Below, in pieces: positions 37,480 through 52,902 of a stretch of 64,000 bases of DNA (position 1 is its first letter; each line of letters opens with the position of its first letter). Location of the stretch: NCBI RefSeq assembly GCF_964204645.1, contig NC_134025.1:11780001-11844000 (forward strand), given 5' to 3'. The DNA is from Tubulanus polymorphus (Eukaryota; Animalia; Nemertea). Both the position numbers and the translations under genes were made by a program. The notes under the pieces are model-generated. The model searched no databases. It saw only the letters and a program-made list of their open reading frames with translations, and had not been told where the DNA came from.

Positions 37480-37660
37480 TGGAGAAGTTTGAGAAGAGTT
37501 CTATATAATTATTGTCAATATTTTTACATGAATCATGTGAAACATGAAACAATGATCCAGAGTTGTGTAATTATTATTGTCAGAGCATTTGCATGGTTGT
37601 TGTGCGATATTTGATTTGATTTGAAAGAATGTATTTTCGTTAATGATTATATTTTAGATC

Positions 37661-37666
37661 AATAAA
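37661..37666 (+). terminator. Probable polyadenylation signal of MTHFD1
   Basis: AATAAA about 180 bp after the stop codon. Confidence 0.55.
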
Positions 37667-38486
37667 ATTGATATCTGAAAGATTTAAAAAACAATTGTCA
37701 TTTATGATCTGTGGGAAGATTGAGAGGCAGATTAGCCTACTTAGGCTATATTCCATCTGTATTGTTTGTTCGTTTGGCTTTTATGTCAATTGGGTTGTGG
37801 GTTTCCAAGACTAACCCAAAGATCTGGATAGTGCATCATTGGTAAACTGTGGAGTGGCTGTAGGCTTTGGTGACTGAACATAGTAAGCGGTCCATAAGGA
37901 TGCAGAATAAATCATTGCTCCAAAATCTGAACGACGTAAAGCCAAACAAACAAACAACGGATCTACAATTATTAAGTTACAGGTACAAATACAAACATAC
38001 GAGGGGGAGAATCATGAACATGAACATGATTGCCGTGGGTCTGCTACACCAAATAGGTTTACAGTCGGCCCTCATTTTTTTTACATGCACAGCTTTAATA
38101 ACTCAAGAAATTGTAAATTGTTGAAGTCATCGTGACGCTGAATCTAAATGGATATGGTTTAAAATTTCTGAAACCGTCGAAATAAGAAACAGGTAGGCCT
38201 ACGTCTAGCCTATGTAATTAGAATGAAATGAAAATTGCGTTCTCATTCGTCCAGCGAAGGGTTACCAGTTAATAATCGATATAAGATTACTGAGGGATGC
38301 TGTGGTTAAGCATGTTAAGCCTAATATTTAAGCAATTGGAATGATCTTTTAGGAAAGCTTCAAGCTTTCATGGCATTCATTAAATTCATATAGAAAAATT
38401 ATTTCGAATTATTCTAATAAAAGATATAATAGATATATGATAAATATATAAGAATAAATGTGATTAATAATGGATATAATAATAAT

Positions 38487-38614
<128 letters not shown>

Positions 38615-39297
38615 CGCTTTTAGAGTACCGTATAGTTGAATCTGAAAATATTTTTACTGAATCGTCGTTTCGTCATGTAGTTTTAGTTCACAAAGCGGTC
38701 GCTAGTTTTCTCTGTCTGTGCGGCAATGCTGCATATGTGCGTGTGAGTCTTCTCCTCCGAGGTTATAAACACAAGTTCAAGGATTAATTCTCTATACGGT
38801 GCGTAAAACGTGGATGGATTCGGCATGGAAAGTTCTAATTCGACGCACAATTTAAAGCATGGCTCTCATTGATGATAACCGAACCGTAGATTTTGGTGCG
38901 AAAAGAAGAGAACAGAAGATAATCGAATACAGACAAAATAATCGGGTCCTGGCTTAAAAATAGAAGTTGGAACTGGAAGTTAAATCAATAGCAGCCGTCC
39001 GTGGTGCCCTATTGAATTCAGTTTTTTGGTAAGAAACAAGGCTTATGTAAGGGCCAAAGTCAGACATCCTACTAGTAGCGAGGCCAATGAATAGTATACC
39101 GGTACAGTACCTACCTAACTAGCGGTAACTGAAATGGATTTTTGACTTCATGATTGCCAACAATTGGGGGCGGTTAGTTGGCTTGTAAGGGAGGTCTATT
39201 TTATGGATTTTAATTTTAAAGCGAGGTAGGCCTAGGCCGCAAAGAAAACATTTCATCTTTGGATCCCACAATGCCTATACACTTAGTAGTCAGTAAC

Positions 39298-39579
39298 CGG
39301 TGGTCATCCTTATTACCGAGATGACGTAATTTACCGAGATGAACTGAGATGACATGAAATAGGCCTACAACATATTTATTTATTCCTTATCGATTTTAAC
39401 ACTTGGAATCATATTATATCAGTAATAAATACCTTCTAGAGTCATATTCTACATATTTTTCCGCATATTTTGTTTAAAAAAATTTGAAATCGATAAGGAA
39501 TAAATAAATATGTTATATTTCATGTCATCTCGGTTCATCTCGGTAAATTACGTCATCTTGGTAATAAGGAGTCCGACCG
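39298..39579. mobile_element. Fold-back MITE with about 95-bp inverted arms
   Basis: CCTTATTACCGAGATGACGTAATTTACCGAGATGAAC... is reverse-complemented at 39490-39570. Confidence 0.8.
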
Positions 39580-41418
39580 ACCTGTCTGGTTTAGTTTCAC
39601 GATCGGATATTTTCACAAACCACATCCGATTGGTATAGGTAAGCCCATACGATTATAAAAAGCCTACCACCAACGATTAAGTATCTAACTACTGTCCACC
39701 CAGCCTTGTGACCATCATCCAACCTTCTACAATTCCAGAACGTCATGCTGCCAATAATCTGAGAATCGATGAAAAGGTGCAACTTCAATCTTCGGATTTG
39801 ATTTCGGTTACTTGACATTTTCAATAAGGACAACAATTCAAATTCTACCCTTTTTAGCCTCAACTTTTTCATGAATATGGACCCGAGGGCCATTTCATAA
39901 ATGACTGGATAAAGCTTGCACAAATGCGTGAACATGACTAATGACACATAAAAGTCCTGTGAAAACAGCTCTTGAGAATGCGAAATTGGTGCTTTGACAT
40001 AGGAAAAATATTTCATATTCAACTTCCCTGGGTTCAACATTGTTTAGGCCAAGGGGCAACAGAAAGTTACAATATTGACATAGGTTAAGTGACAGCTAGT
40101 GACAGTTCAATTTGGCTACTTACAAGTAAAGTTGTCACAGTATTTACATAGAGGCATAAGGTCTGTCATTTATGTATGTCTGTTTAGTTTATTGAAGCAA
40201 CTTTTTGTGAACATTCGAAAACTTAAAAATTTGGCAAAGAGGTGTGTCTCAGTTCGACCGAAAGGTTAAATGTCCCAGTTCGGTGAAGTGAGCTTCTGTC
40301 CTGATGAAAGGTTATGCCTTTGTAGTAGCCCTTTTAAAAATGCATATACTCTACTTGCAATTAGCCCTAGTTGAAGTGCCGACTTCTCTGATACTACTAT
40401 GATATATACTATCTTATAAAATCTATTAGATTACTGGCAGATCATGCTACTGGGGAGGGGGGAGTTGGTTGCTGTTATTGCTGACTGGATGTTGTGTAGT
40501 AATAGTCGAGTATGGTACCTCATAAGAAAGGATATTGCTAGCCAAGTTGCTTAGAGAACATCCATGGGCTTCCTTTATATTGATCCAACTTATCACTAGG
40601 TTTAATATTGGTGATTATGATATGTGATTAATTCTAGCAACTGATCATATTTTTCTTATTTTGTGAAATCGACACTCATAGAGAAAAAGATTGAATAATT
40701 GTCGGTCAAAGTATTTTTCCTACAATTTGTTCACCATTTATATTGTTTCACCCTAAACCTACTGGTTCTGCCTTTGATGTACCAATGAGTAGGCCCCTTG
40801 TTTTAATCATTCAATTAGATTTTACAGGTCGATTCGTCATTTGGATGGGATTTTCTATTTGTTATCATTAAACTGATAGGCTAATGTGATATAGGTTGAA
40901 CGTATAATTAAAACGACATTAATGTGTGTACACTAGTCATTTGATTAAAACAGAGTTTATGGGTCTGTGGTGGACTATTGGATTCCACTATCTGGAAGAT
41001 CGGGTAGACCTATTTGAGGAAAAATCCATTTTCTTTCATGAAATCTCCCAAAGAACTTTGAACCGAAATTCTGAGATATCGGATTTTAAGGCTTTTTTAT
41101 TTTCATATTTTAAAAGGACGATATTATTATCAGGCCTAAGCCTAATGAAATATTGGATGATAGCCAGGGCTGGATTCTAATCCTTACTTCCTTATTTTTG
41201 TTGTAAGGACGCTCACTTTACTAAAGGCCTATTATAAATGCAAACCTATTCTGACAAATTCTTGATGTAACCGTCAATAATAATTCAAATCAATTGAATT
41301 GATTTAGGTTTGTGGTATTCTATTCAAATTAGACCAGGGGACTGGACGCGCACATGTTTAGGAAATGCCTTCAGAAATTATCGTACAATTTGATATTATT
41401 ATTCTATTATACCATCAG

Positions 41419-41621
41419 ATGTGTAGTGGATTACAACACAGCTGAACCGGTATACCGGCGAACTAGCGATGGCGCATATAGGGGTGTTGTATCTGCTAGT
41501 AATCCGGTGGTAGTCGTTGTCGAGTATAGGAGCCTAGTAGGCGTTTATCTCGCTAAGACATCATGTGACGGCGGCCGGCAACGATCCAACGTTGACGCAT
41601 GAGTGTAACTGATAGACGCAG
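41419..41621 (+). other. Probable non-coding (5' UTR) exon of the SLC4 gene
   Basis: GC-richer block between CATCAG| acceptor and CAG|GTAAAT donor; only short ORFs. Confidence 0.4.
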
Positions 41622-44600
41622 GTAAATGCAACGTTGGTACGTCTGATGCAGGATGATATTATAAATCGACGGTTAGAGCGGATTCAACTACGAAATCGGA
41701 ACTGATTACATAGATAACGAATTATGTTGGCTTGTTACGGTCTTTGCTTTGAAAAGATATCGTATTCATGATTTCTGGCACTTCTGCTGAATTTTGAGAT
41801 GAAGCTCGGTTCGATGTTTTTCACTGACTGATAACTTTGCAGTGGCGTTGGAACCGTAGCGACTGCAGCGGAGAAAGCTGCGGCAATAATTTACTGAATG
41901 ATGTTTTTTCTTTCTTTGAATACCACATTTTTGAAGAAAATTAAGTGATTTCGCCGAGGCAATATTTAGAACCTGTCCACAATGGGTTTTTGGTCGCAGC
42001 AATCAAAAATTGCTTCGAACACGCCTGCTTTGAGAACTCTTTTGACAATTACCGATGTATCTATTGATATTAAGTCTGTGGATTGTCTAAGGCAATCCGA
42101 TTCAATTCAATCACAGGAATGATAACATCGTTAGAGAATTTACAATTAAGTTAGAGAAGACCAAATGATATCCAAAATACGATATCGATATACCGGTAAC
42201 AATTGATATTTCCTGTGAATATGCGTATAATTCATTGAAAAATGAAAGTTGATTGCAAATGAATCTTGCAGTGATGAGGGTGGAGATAACCACTAAGTTG
42301 AATTGGTCGTTTGATCATATCGAAGGATTAGGAGAAACAGTTTATTTGATCTGGGATGTATCCAGGATGACGGGGGGGGGGGGGCAATTTTTTTGTTCAG
42401 AATAATTTAGAATGGCAGTGTTAAAAGAAAAAGATAAGTTTTTTCGGAGGGGGATTCCAGACACTCTGAAATGCTCCCTGGATTTGCCCCTGTTGGTCCT
42501 TTGGTTTGGTGGTTCTTTTCTTAAAGCACTTCGCACCATTGTCATGTCAACCAACAACTGTGGACTGCAATCATCAGTAGTAGGTTTTGACGCAGTTTGA
42601 CAGTTGAGGATTTTGAATAGGAGTTTTTGACTCTCAAATTATTTGACTCAAGTTCTACCTAAACGATATGGTTTTGCAACTAGCAAGCGAGCCAGTTCCA
42701 GTTTAATGAGTTCATCATTTCGAAAATAATTATTTGAATTTAAAATAAGAGGTATGAAATATATTCAAGCGCACAATAAATGACGAAATTCACGATTGTA
42801 ATTGTTATTTCGAAATGCTGATATTGATATAAAGTATAAGTGCACTTTGGCTCATGCGGAACCTTTTACGCAAAGTAGTTATTGATGTATGGAAACAATG
42901 GTTTTTTCAGCGTCCACAAAAAAGTTACTTTCAAATTTTTACGCCCTAAGTATTAATTTCCAATGGGAACTGTTTCGCAATTCTCTTTCTATAGCGCAGT
43001 GGCCTGGTGTTTACAACAGTCTTATTGTCACCACATCCGCCGATTTCCGATTACAAAAGTCTGTGTGTAGGTGTGATTAGACAACTAAATCAATTTGAAA
43101 TGATTAACTCACTATGAAGGAAATCTTCGTTGCCTGGCAACTGCTTCAGTCGCAGCATGTCGGAGCACATTTCCTTCTCGAATAAACTTTTAAATGAATT
43201 CTATTAGTGCCACCTTTCTGTTTTTCGGATCTGTTTAAAAGTCATTATTCATGTGGAGTGGTAGATGTTTTACCACGCTTATGCAAGTAGGTCGACGACT
43301 TCTCCTACAGTTGCCGACTTGTCGGTTAGAAATCGGTATGAAAACTGTTCGGCAGTTGGCAGTTGAAAATTGTGACGAAATTTTTACAGTTTCTTGTGTG
43401 ATTTTCGTAGAATTATGCATTTAACTTGTTGCTGCGCTCTCTGCTGGATTGCTGTTAGGCGTTGTGGTCAGTAAAATCATTTAGAAATAATCTGTTATTT
43501 GTATTATTGAAAAGTATGCAATTCTCTTTTAATGTACTTTTTTCAGTCGGTAGCTCTAATGTTTAGATAAAGCAAATGTTTTAATATCTCAATTCATCAG
43601 ATATTTTTCTTCAAGTATTATGCTTTATTTCCACTGTGTGCAATCATGACTATAGAATATGAATTTGGCTTTAGAAGAAAATCCATTGCTTAATTGTCTA
43701 GATTTTAGATAAAGCTGGGCGATTGTTAGTTACGAGCGGTAAGATTTTTAATCGGCGGCAACTTTTGATTAAATCACCGACAATCACCCTTCTAGTTATC
43801 CACGATCGCCTACTAGTTGTGGCCAAATTCTTTCGCTTCAGGAGGCCGCCCATTCGAAAATTTCACACGATTTTTATCTCGGCGCTTATTGGCTATTTGT
43901 TATCAGAATTCGAAGTGACTCGTCGCTAGTAGTAGCCGCACACTAGGCGACCGGCGGCATTATGCTTGGTCTTCGACAATCTTCTCACTGAATACCTAGC
44001 ATGCTAGATACTGAGCAAATTAGTCGCTGTTGGCCACTATTCGTCGGCCGACAATAGGTTACCAGTGACCGCACACCAGGCTACGTCATAATGAATTTGT
44101 CTCAATGAAAATCGCCAAGAAATTGCCTAGTATGCAAACAAATTTGGCACTGTTGCTTCTAATTCTTTTTTACGGTGGCTTTGTGGCAATCGGTTGTTCT
44201 GTTCCAAAGCTGCCTCACACTACCGAAATAATGGCACCGTTCTAAATTGGTGCATTGACCTGCAACGGACAAAGTTAGAATGGGCCAACCTGGAGGTGTG
44301 CATTGTTTAATTTACTATGGATTAGTTATCGCTGATGTGGCCTTGATTATTTTACCTGGAAGTTTCTATCGTAATGATAGTTTCAGAGTTCATGGCTTTT
44401 ATTCATTAAGAAAATTTTTTACAGTTCCGTACTGAAATACGTGGCTCATTAAGCTTGGAATGCGATTCCGCGCCGAAAACCCGATCTCAGTACGGAACTG
44501 AACTGGTGGCGTATTTTCTGTAGTGGGAACGCAGATTCGGAGAGTATTCACATCCGCGTAGTATAAACACTAATTACACTCCCCTCTATCGGCACACCGG

Positions 44601-46441
44601 GTGACTACTATACAAGGCTTACTAAGTGCCGAATTGCCGCCTCACCGTGTGAATGTAACTTGCTGTGTAAGCGCCGTATTTTGGTGAATTCGGCACCAGC
44701 GAAGTACAGTGCTTCATAAGCACCTTTTCTAGTGTGAATTTTTGTTCGATATTTCGAGGACTTCAGGCAGCTTGAGGAGTAATAGGCATGACGGATCTGG
44801 GCGGCTTGAGTGCTAATGGGTTAACACACACCTGGATCTTGGTCCAAATTGGTCTGGTCATGGAATGGATCAATTTATAACAGTTTGAATGCGTAGTCTA
44901 AATTGGAAGGTACCAAATTTCGACTGTACTTAATTACGTGGTATGAACATGGCTTAATAGAACAATGCCAGCCTGTTTTCTGATATATATAACAGGATTC
45001 ATTTGATAGTAAGTAATATTAGTAGCACGGAGAAATATATGTATACATGTATTTTTGCTAAGTATAATATCACTGGTGGAAGTAGGTTGGCTGCAGCTTG
45101 AAATGAAGGCCTTTATTTAGAATATTACGCAATATATTCGTTAATTTGAGAAGATCCATCATTTAACCATCCGTCCTGTTTTACGGATTGATCAAGAAAT
45201 GATTTATGTCTCCCGTTAATCCATTTAGCGCATTTCGCTTCTATGTTTTGTACTAACTCCTTTAGGCCTGGACAACTCCCTGGGAGAGATGAATAATTGA
45301 GTTTCTCGAGGTTCAGTGTTTATATGATTACCGTCTGCTATTCCTAATTATCATATAATCCGTCGTCTGTTCATTATACGGCTTCAATGTGAATCGATCG
45401 AATTGTTCAAATTTAGTCAGGTCTATACAAATGATGTAGGGTCTAATGAAGAATGGTGTTGGAGTTGTGAAGAGAAATTCAATCCATTCAATTTCCAATA
45501 GTCCTAGTGGTAATAGTATTCGGGTAATGATTTTTCAATTCTTCGTCGATGAAAGCTCTATTATATTTCGGACATCGAATTTTCATTTTTACGGATAAGA
45601 CGAAGGCTAGATTCTTCGGAAGAGCTGCCAAACCAGTTTTATACGTAAACCGCAAAAGCTAGTTCCTCATCACAAGATCTATATTTATTCTTGTCTATGA
45701 TTATAGTAAAAAAGCATCGGTTATAGTATATCAGCACTCATCAAATTATTTTTCTGAGAATGGCGACTTGTTCTTTTTACGATAAGCCTAGCTGATTACG
45801 CCTAGAGCCATCACATAAGGTCGTGTTGATGATTGAACTTTATAACCGAATATATCTTACTCAACGGTGGTACTCAATTGGGCTTAATTGAGACTCGTTC
45901 TGTCAATAATTCTTTCTGGACTAAGTTCTGGGCTCAGATCTCGTGATTCAGTTATTGTCTGTCATCTATTGTGAGACCAGCACTCGCTTGACGCTGATAT
46001 TTTTCCGATGAGGAATATGTCAAACTTGACTCGTTTTTAATGAAAATGCCATCGTTTATGACGCCGCGTTATGGTCCTAATGGTGCCATTATGTTTTAAA
46101 GGATCTTAACCGTTACACTAAGAGATCATTTTCAACTGGGTATGTGTGTGAAATAAAATGTGCTTGCATGTACTTCAGTAATATAGAAACATGATAGATG
46201 TTATGCCGACATCTAGCAAGGTTTAGTATAGTACGCATATCTCCTTCACAAATTATTTCTTTCTGCAGGTATATTTTTCCTATAAGCGATATATATATAT
46301 AGGTGTTTGTATATGAATCCTAGGAACTTGTGATAACGTATACATCTATTTTCATCATCATTAAGTTTTTTATTAAGCTATATAGGCCTATGTATACTTA
46401 TTACACATTTCTTCGTCTATTTTTTTCTAACATTTGAATAA

Positions 46442-47046
46442 TTTTAGCTCACTTAGGGCTAAGCCCAGGAGGCTTATTGCATGCACTTGTTCGTACATTG
46501 ATGGAATCTAGTTATGTTGGGAGGTTTTGAAAATTCTTGGATTAATTGTCTTCATTTTTGGTTTTCATGTACCGTATGTGTCTTAGAGGTAGATTCTACC
46601 CTGGAGACATCTGTGGCCGGATCAGAATCAGAATTGCTGACTAGCCACCTTTTTTATTACTTTTTTTTATTATTACGAAAACTTTGTTTCTTAATTCAAT
46701 ACTTATTAACTTTATTCAGAAATCTTATTCATTTCATATAAGTACCTATGTATATTTTGTGATTGCAATCGGTTGCCATGTTGTGGTTATGTATTCTGAC
46801 TGGAGTGAGATTCAATATCATTGATTTCTGTTATGTTCACTGCGCATTGAATTAGTAAAATTAGATTTTAGATTAGGCTTTCCATGGTATCTATATTTTT
46901 TAACCACAGCCATAGCAAAGTCAGAGTGAATGACATGTTCTATGATAGTTATCAGATTTAAGATCTGTTTTGTTCACCAGGGGGCATTGTATATCAGAAA
47001 GTGAAGTATTTTACCGGGTGAGCATGGTGTCCTTCGACCCTTAGTT
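46442..47046 (+). mobile_element. Helentron-associated (HINE-like) element
   Basis: TTTTAGCTCACTT start; GGGTGAGC partner and GGTGTCC..GACCC hairpin at the end, as in 26987-27261. Confidence 0.55.
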
Positions 47047-49099
47047 CTTACTTTTCTTGTTATGAACTACTTTGCGATTGAAAGTAGAAATAGAAACTAT
47101 CTGGTTTTCATTTGCTAGAATCCTCGATATTTTTGAAACGTGGAACTAAGTAATATCCGTTCTATTTCGATGTAAATCGTTTTAAAAGTAATGAGACAGA
47201 AAAAGAAATTCGGTAGTTATTTTTGAGGTCATTTTATGCAGCTGCGTTCGATGCTACGTACATGCCAACTGTGCCAGTGTGGTACTGTGAAGCGATATAA
47301 TGACAGTCAATTATGCCACTAGATAAATGAAGTCAGTAATTTTTTCAGGAGAGACAGGTGTGCAGTTGTCGGTATGTCACAGAAATTTTGTATAGGTTGA
47401 CTATAGACCGTATGAAAATATTCCGCATGGGTTTCATAATGATATCTCTTAATGTGTTTGCATTATTCTAATGCCATTATAGTAATGAATGAATTTTTAT
47501 CAACTTTGTTCAGACTTGAAAGGGTATATACCTTGCTTAAATTAAGGACATATTTAGGGCTATTAATAGAAGAGGGTTTCGCTCTCTAGGCCTGCTGATT
47601 CCATCATTCTGTTTGTTCTGGTGCATCTGTTTCGACCAGAGTACGCTACCCATTCTGGAACCTATCCTCTTAACCTGATTTCTTCTATCGTTATATTGAT
47701 TATAAAATTTCTCAATGAAAATTAAGTTGTTAACTATTAGGCCTCGTACTTTCAGAACATTGGTGTCTTGAAATGTAGATCAACTTGAAAGATAACATGA
47801 TAGGCCTATAGCCTGAATGAGTCAATAGTTTCGTTATTACGTTACGTATTCAATTATGCTGATTATAATTCTATTTCATAGATATAGGCCTACTTTTATT
47901 GATACTCAAGCCTAGATTTTCGAATAAACCATTATTGGCATAATGTCACCGAAATCGATACACCCAGTTTGATGGGTGTCGTAGGTTGGCCTTGCAACTG
48001 CTAGTGACTCTGCGATCCTTAAATACTGTTGACCTATGCACCATCGGACAGGCTGTCCCTCAAAGATGCACTGACATACAAGTTTGCGACTGCTAGTGAT
48101 ACAGCTGCACATCCGCTTTTCGCCACACGACAGTCCCAGCAAAACCCAACTTAAGCTGCCCTTGCGTATTTTCAATAAATGATATTTCTAAGTAGAAAAA
48201 AAATCTATGCGCATGTGCCTAAATTTTGCGTTCTTTAGTCCAAGCCTCTGAGATGAGTGCTCGTAGGTCCAAGGCAATCAATATGCGGATGACTACATCA
48301 CTTGGTGCAAATGGGCACAGAATGTGCATCATTGCACCTGTCGATCTTTCTAAATCACCATATCTCACTCTGAAATTTTAGTTGTAGTCGAGTAACATGT
48401 TGTATTTGGTACGGCTCGGGCTTCATAAATTTTTACTAAGTATAAGTATTAATATTCAGATTAATTAGATTGAATTTAAGAGTGACAGATATGTATAAAT
48501 TCAATTTCAATCCAACCCTGAAATATATGAAGTTCGATTTTATTAGCATGAATTGTAGGGAAAAAATCGCCCTGTATTGTGTTCCTACCACATCCAACCA
48601 CTGCTGACTTTAGTTAAAGAATGGGGAAAAATAATTATCTATCATATATCATATATCAGCCACTCCAAAGAGCATGGTTGGTTACATACGTATTCTTAGA
48701 ATTATGACATAAGCCGCGATTGCACAAGCACTTTTGGCCCGGGCCAAAGCTTCAAGGCCCATGGGCCTCTCTTGTCAATCATTCATCTCTATAGAAGAAT
48801 CTTATTTTAACTCAAAACAGGATTCTGGCTTTTGATTTCTATAGTAGGCTTTGCTTGTGTTGGATAATGGATTTAAGGGATTGAGCAGAGTCTGCTGTAT
48901 CAAACACGCGTTTACCCTTGAGGGTTGAATCAGGTGATTAAATATTGTTTCGCTGACACACTACCACACTACATGATATGAGAGAGTGATTGAGTTGGAT
49001 TGGCCTGAAAGGTTGCTATCTATCTCTGCCTTAGATGGTATTAGATACATGAGTAGTTGGACATGTAGAAATAAGGAGAAAATAGGCCTAGATAGATTC

Positions 49100-50197
49100 T
49101 TATGCCCCCCCCCCCAAGCTCAACTTCAACAGAGAGGGGGCATAAAGATTTACCCGCATCTGAATATGCTGTCGCTGCCGCAAGTGACGTTACCAGCCTA
49201 GAGGCGGCAACCGGTCTCTTTCAAACTTGGTAAACAAGTAGGAGATTATTTGGGGTAGAACCCTATGTACAAATGGAATGTAGGTAATGATCCCCTCCCG
49301 GTAAAAATCCCCCCCCCCCCAGTTTAGTTTTCTATCAAACAAAAGTATAAAACCTAAATGAGATTAGACAGACTTTCTGCAATAGTATTGAGGAATGTGT
49401 ACACACATATCTTATTATTAGTTTTTAACTATATCTCTTCATAGAAATTTTTTAAACGGATTGTTTCAATTTTGATGCAAGTAGCATGCAGGTTACTTGC
49501 TACGTCACAGAATAATGTCATTTTCATGCACGTTGCTCGCTTTCAGTCACAAATAATCCAAGGTGAATATTGTGAAAATAACACGAAGAATATGAAAATT
49601 ATTAAAGTTTTTCAACATAAGAATAATGCAGTGTTTTGCTGGGAAATCAAATTTGGGGGTCTATACGAGTATGGCCACCAGGGGCTGACATAAAAGCAAC
49701 GTTTAACAGCCTAGAGGCGGCAAACGTTGACTGATCTTTTTCAAACTTGGTATCTTGGAATCAGGGCACTTCAGTTTCGCTTCAACAAGTATTTACATAC
49801 GCAGATCAGTACCTCAGATGTGCCATGCAACTACGGGTGTGTCAAATAACAGGAGTAAGAATGTCATTAAATTCAGTTCAAACTGAGAAGGACCTGAGGG
49901 TACATATAGACTTTAATCTGACTATCAAATCATTATAACAGCTTTGTACTTCAATTATTCTACACTTATGATAAATTTGTATGCCTAGAATTTACCATTG
50001 TTGACGATAATTCCAACTCTTTGTCTAATATAAGTCTTATGGAGATAATTGCGGCCACAATATTTCTGATGTCTAATATAAGTCTTTTGGAGATAATTGC
50101 GGCCACAATATTTCCAACGCATTCACCGCAAACCCTGTAACTTGTGGCGGTGAATTTAGGCCGGGGGGGGGGGGCTTCCAGGCGTTTGCCCCATTGT
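49100..50197 (+). mobile_element. Helentron-associated (HINE-like) element
   Basis: TTATGCCCCCC...GGGGGCATA subterminal hairpin, internal repeats (CAGCCTAGAGGCGGCAA twice, 48-bp duplication at 50022-50114), GGGGGC partner at the 3' end. Confidence 0.5.
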
Positions 50198-50762
50198 AGT
50201 CTCTTGAGTTATTCAACTTACATTCTGCCTAATGGGCTTATATGTGAATTCATTGATAATTAGTGTTTGTCATAGTCTGATGGTATGATTAAATGGGTTT
50301 TTTTTCGGTGACCAGGAAGTTCTCACACATCTGAATACGGTGATATTCGGATGTACAGTGTTCTTATTCTGCAATCGAATGATTGTTCCGTGAATAGATG
50401 ACTTTTGTCCGCAATATTGTCATTACCAAAACAAGACAATTCGACGTGAAGCAGTGATTTCAAACTCGCTTGTGATATTGGACACTAATTTAATTAGGCC
50501 TCAAATTTGAAAATTACTTGGAGTACGGTATCTTCCACTTCTTCTAGTTGTAAGTCGTGTCTTCATGATTCTTTTCTTGATATTACTCAAGTTTTGCAGA
50601 TTCTGGATTCTGGGATTTCAATCCTGAGATGTTACGTGGCAATACTCAGAACTTTTGTTTTGATTTTCTATCGCTGTTCCCTTTTATTTTGTTCCCGAAA
50701 AAACCTGTACTTTGATTGAGCAACAGGTCTCACTGTAGTAGCGCCTGTTATAACTGTTACAA

Positions 50763-50894
50763 TGTTCGGCGAGGTGATATCTATGGTCACTGGTGTTCGG
50801 CAAGGTGATATCTATGGTCACTGGTGTTCGGCGAGGTGATATCTATGGTCACTGGTGTTCGGCGAGGTGATATCTATGGTCACTGGTGTTCGGC
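50763..50894. repeat. 31-bp minisatellite, about 4.3 units (unrelated to the retroelement arrays)
   Basis: TGTTCGGCGAGGTGATATCTATGGTCACTGG in tandem. Confidence 0.95.
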
Positions 50895-51371
50895 GTACTC
50901 TTTTCTGAAAAAATGTCTTCAGGTTCATTTCGAAGTCGACGACGACGTCGGTTTGGCCATTTTATACAATGCTAATGATGCATCACGGGAACATCTGTCT
51001 CTCCAGTGCGGAATAACAATTTTGTCTCTTCTCTTCATGATGAATAACAAATGAATCTAAATATTTCTATTGTTTATACGTACACAGTGTTCTCCAAATG
51101 GTGGAATTTTTAAGTGGCTGCCGAATACCCCCCTCAATACCCCCAAAAATGCAGAAAATATAAGCTTGATTTTGGTGTAATCTTCTATTTTGTCACGTTA
51201 GCTAAATATATTTCAAAGCAATTATCAGTATTGGTAGAATATTGACATCACTCTGGTAGGGGCAGTGGATATTTTATAAGGGATGGCTGATTTTCAGAGG
51301 GGTGGATTTTCAGTAAAAATGAAGCGGGTGGCTGTCCCTCTAAAACCTGTTGCGGATGTTATGATGTTATT

Positions 51372-51534
51372 GGGGATCATTCATTTATTACGTACGCATT
51401 TGGGAGTGGGAGGGGTAAGTGCCATTGCGTTCTGTAATGCTTAATTTATATGAAAAAATGGCTGATTTTGTGTACAGGGGGAGGGGGGTTAAAAAAGTCA
51501 AATTTCATGCGTACGTAATAAAAGTATGATCCCT
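51372..51534. mobile_element. Short Harbinger-type MITE
   Basis: GGGATCATTCATTTATTACGTACGCA...TGCGTACGTAATAAAAGTATGATCCC. Confidence 0.7.
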
Positions 51535-52737
51535 TGAATGATACACATATTTTAGTTGGACAACTTATCATTTTGAATAATCTCGTGTTAAGATTCTACG
51601 TCAGATCGACTTTCATGGTACATGTAACAATAACCTAACTGATGCTCCGATTCGATACTGGATCTCTGTGCTACTGAGGTGGGAGGATCGGCGGACATAG
51701 AATTTGGCATAAACTGGTAAAGAATAATGAGGTTTGCTTGAGTTATCGAAATACCGAGTATTTCGTTATTTATTTCAACAAATTCGGCTAAATGTAATCG
51801 CCGTGTATCGCAGCCTACGGCGTACACGAGTTGTAGGTAAATTACCACGAAAATCCATTACAGATTGAAGACGCCAATAAGCTCGGTGATTTTCTGTAAG
51901 ACGTTGGCTTTTAGTATTAAGTATCAGTTACTCCGCAAACATGAATCTGGAAATTTGATTTGCACTGTTTACGTATCTATTAGCCAGTAAACGGTGAAGC
52001 CGTTGTCGTACGCACTGATGGTTGTTACTGCGTAAGTTCGCGTCCTACAATTACAATTAGTTTATTGCTCCACAAAATTTACATTTGCACAGAGCACAAA
52101 AAACAGGTTCATACATTGTACACGTATCCATGCAGTTTACATTATTCATACAAACACGGTTTAAATGAAAAGAAATACATGAATTCTTATCAATCAACAA
52201 TAGCTTAAGGCGGGCATTGAACAGTACATATTTAATATGAGTTAGAGAAACTTTGATCTTTGCTGTATGAAGCGAGACAGGTTACAGAGCTGTTTGCCCT
52301 TAGAATTTAATAATTATATCAGTTTGAAGGCACTTGGTCTTATTCTAAAATATGGTTTAATGAACCTACGAAGTGATGAAACCGGGAGTGACTCGTCGCT
52401 GCTTGCGAGCAGGACGCCGCGACTGAAGATTTACAAGCGATCAGTGATGAGTCGCAGCGCCGCTCCGTGTAGCAGGTCACCGCAATTATCTTCCAAGAAT
52501 TGTTCCCGATTCGTTCAAAAACATTAAATGTGATTATCAGGGGCTTTAATCCGCGTTCCATACTCATGAAAAATAGAAGCAAAAGTTTTCATGGCCGGGT
52601 AGAATGTTTTTCATTTAGGAGTTGGGAGCGCGATTACTGGTCATTTTTAACTGTAAGTACCGGGCAAGCGTCATTTTGTGACTTACTTGTGGATACAGTT
52701 ACCCTCGTGCGCCAGCTATATAGCAATTGTTTAAATA

Positions 52738-52902
52738 CAGTGGAACCTCGTTACAATGAACTTGGATACAATGATTCATCGGGTATAGAAAATAATTATA
52801 GGATTTTGACCCGATGAAGAAAATTTAATTAATTTCATATTGGATATAAAGAGCGAACATATTTTCTGGTGCTGTGAAGTTTGCTGTAACGAGGTTTCAC
52901 GG
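52738..52902. mobile_element. Tc1/mariner-type MITE
   Basis: TA-CAGTGGAACCTCGTTACA...TGTAACGAGGTTTCACGG-TA. Confidence 0.7.

Noticed and set aside
39597-40040. 147-aa minus-strand ORF
   Set aside because: No recognisable domain or splice context; probably repeat-derived
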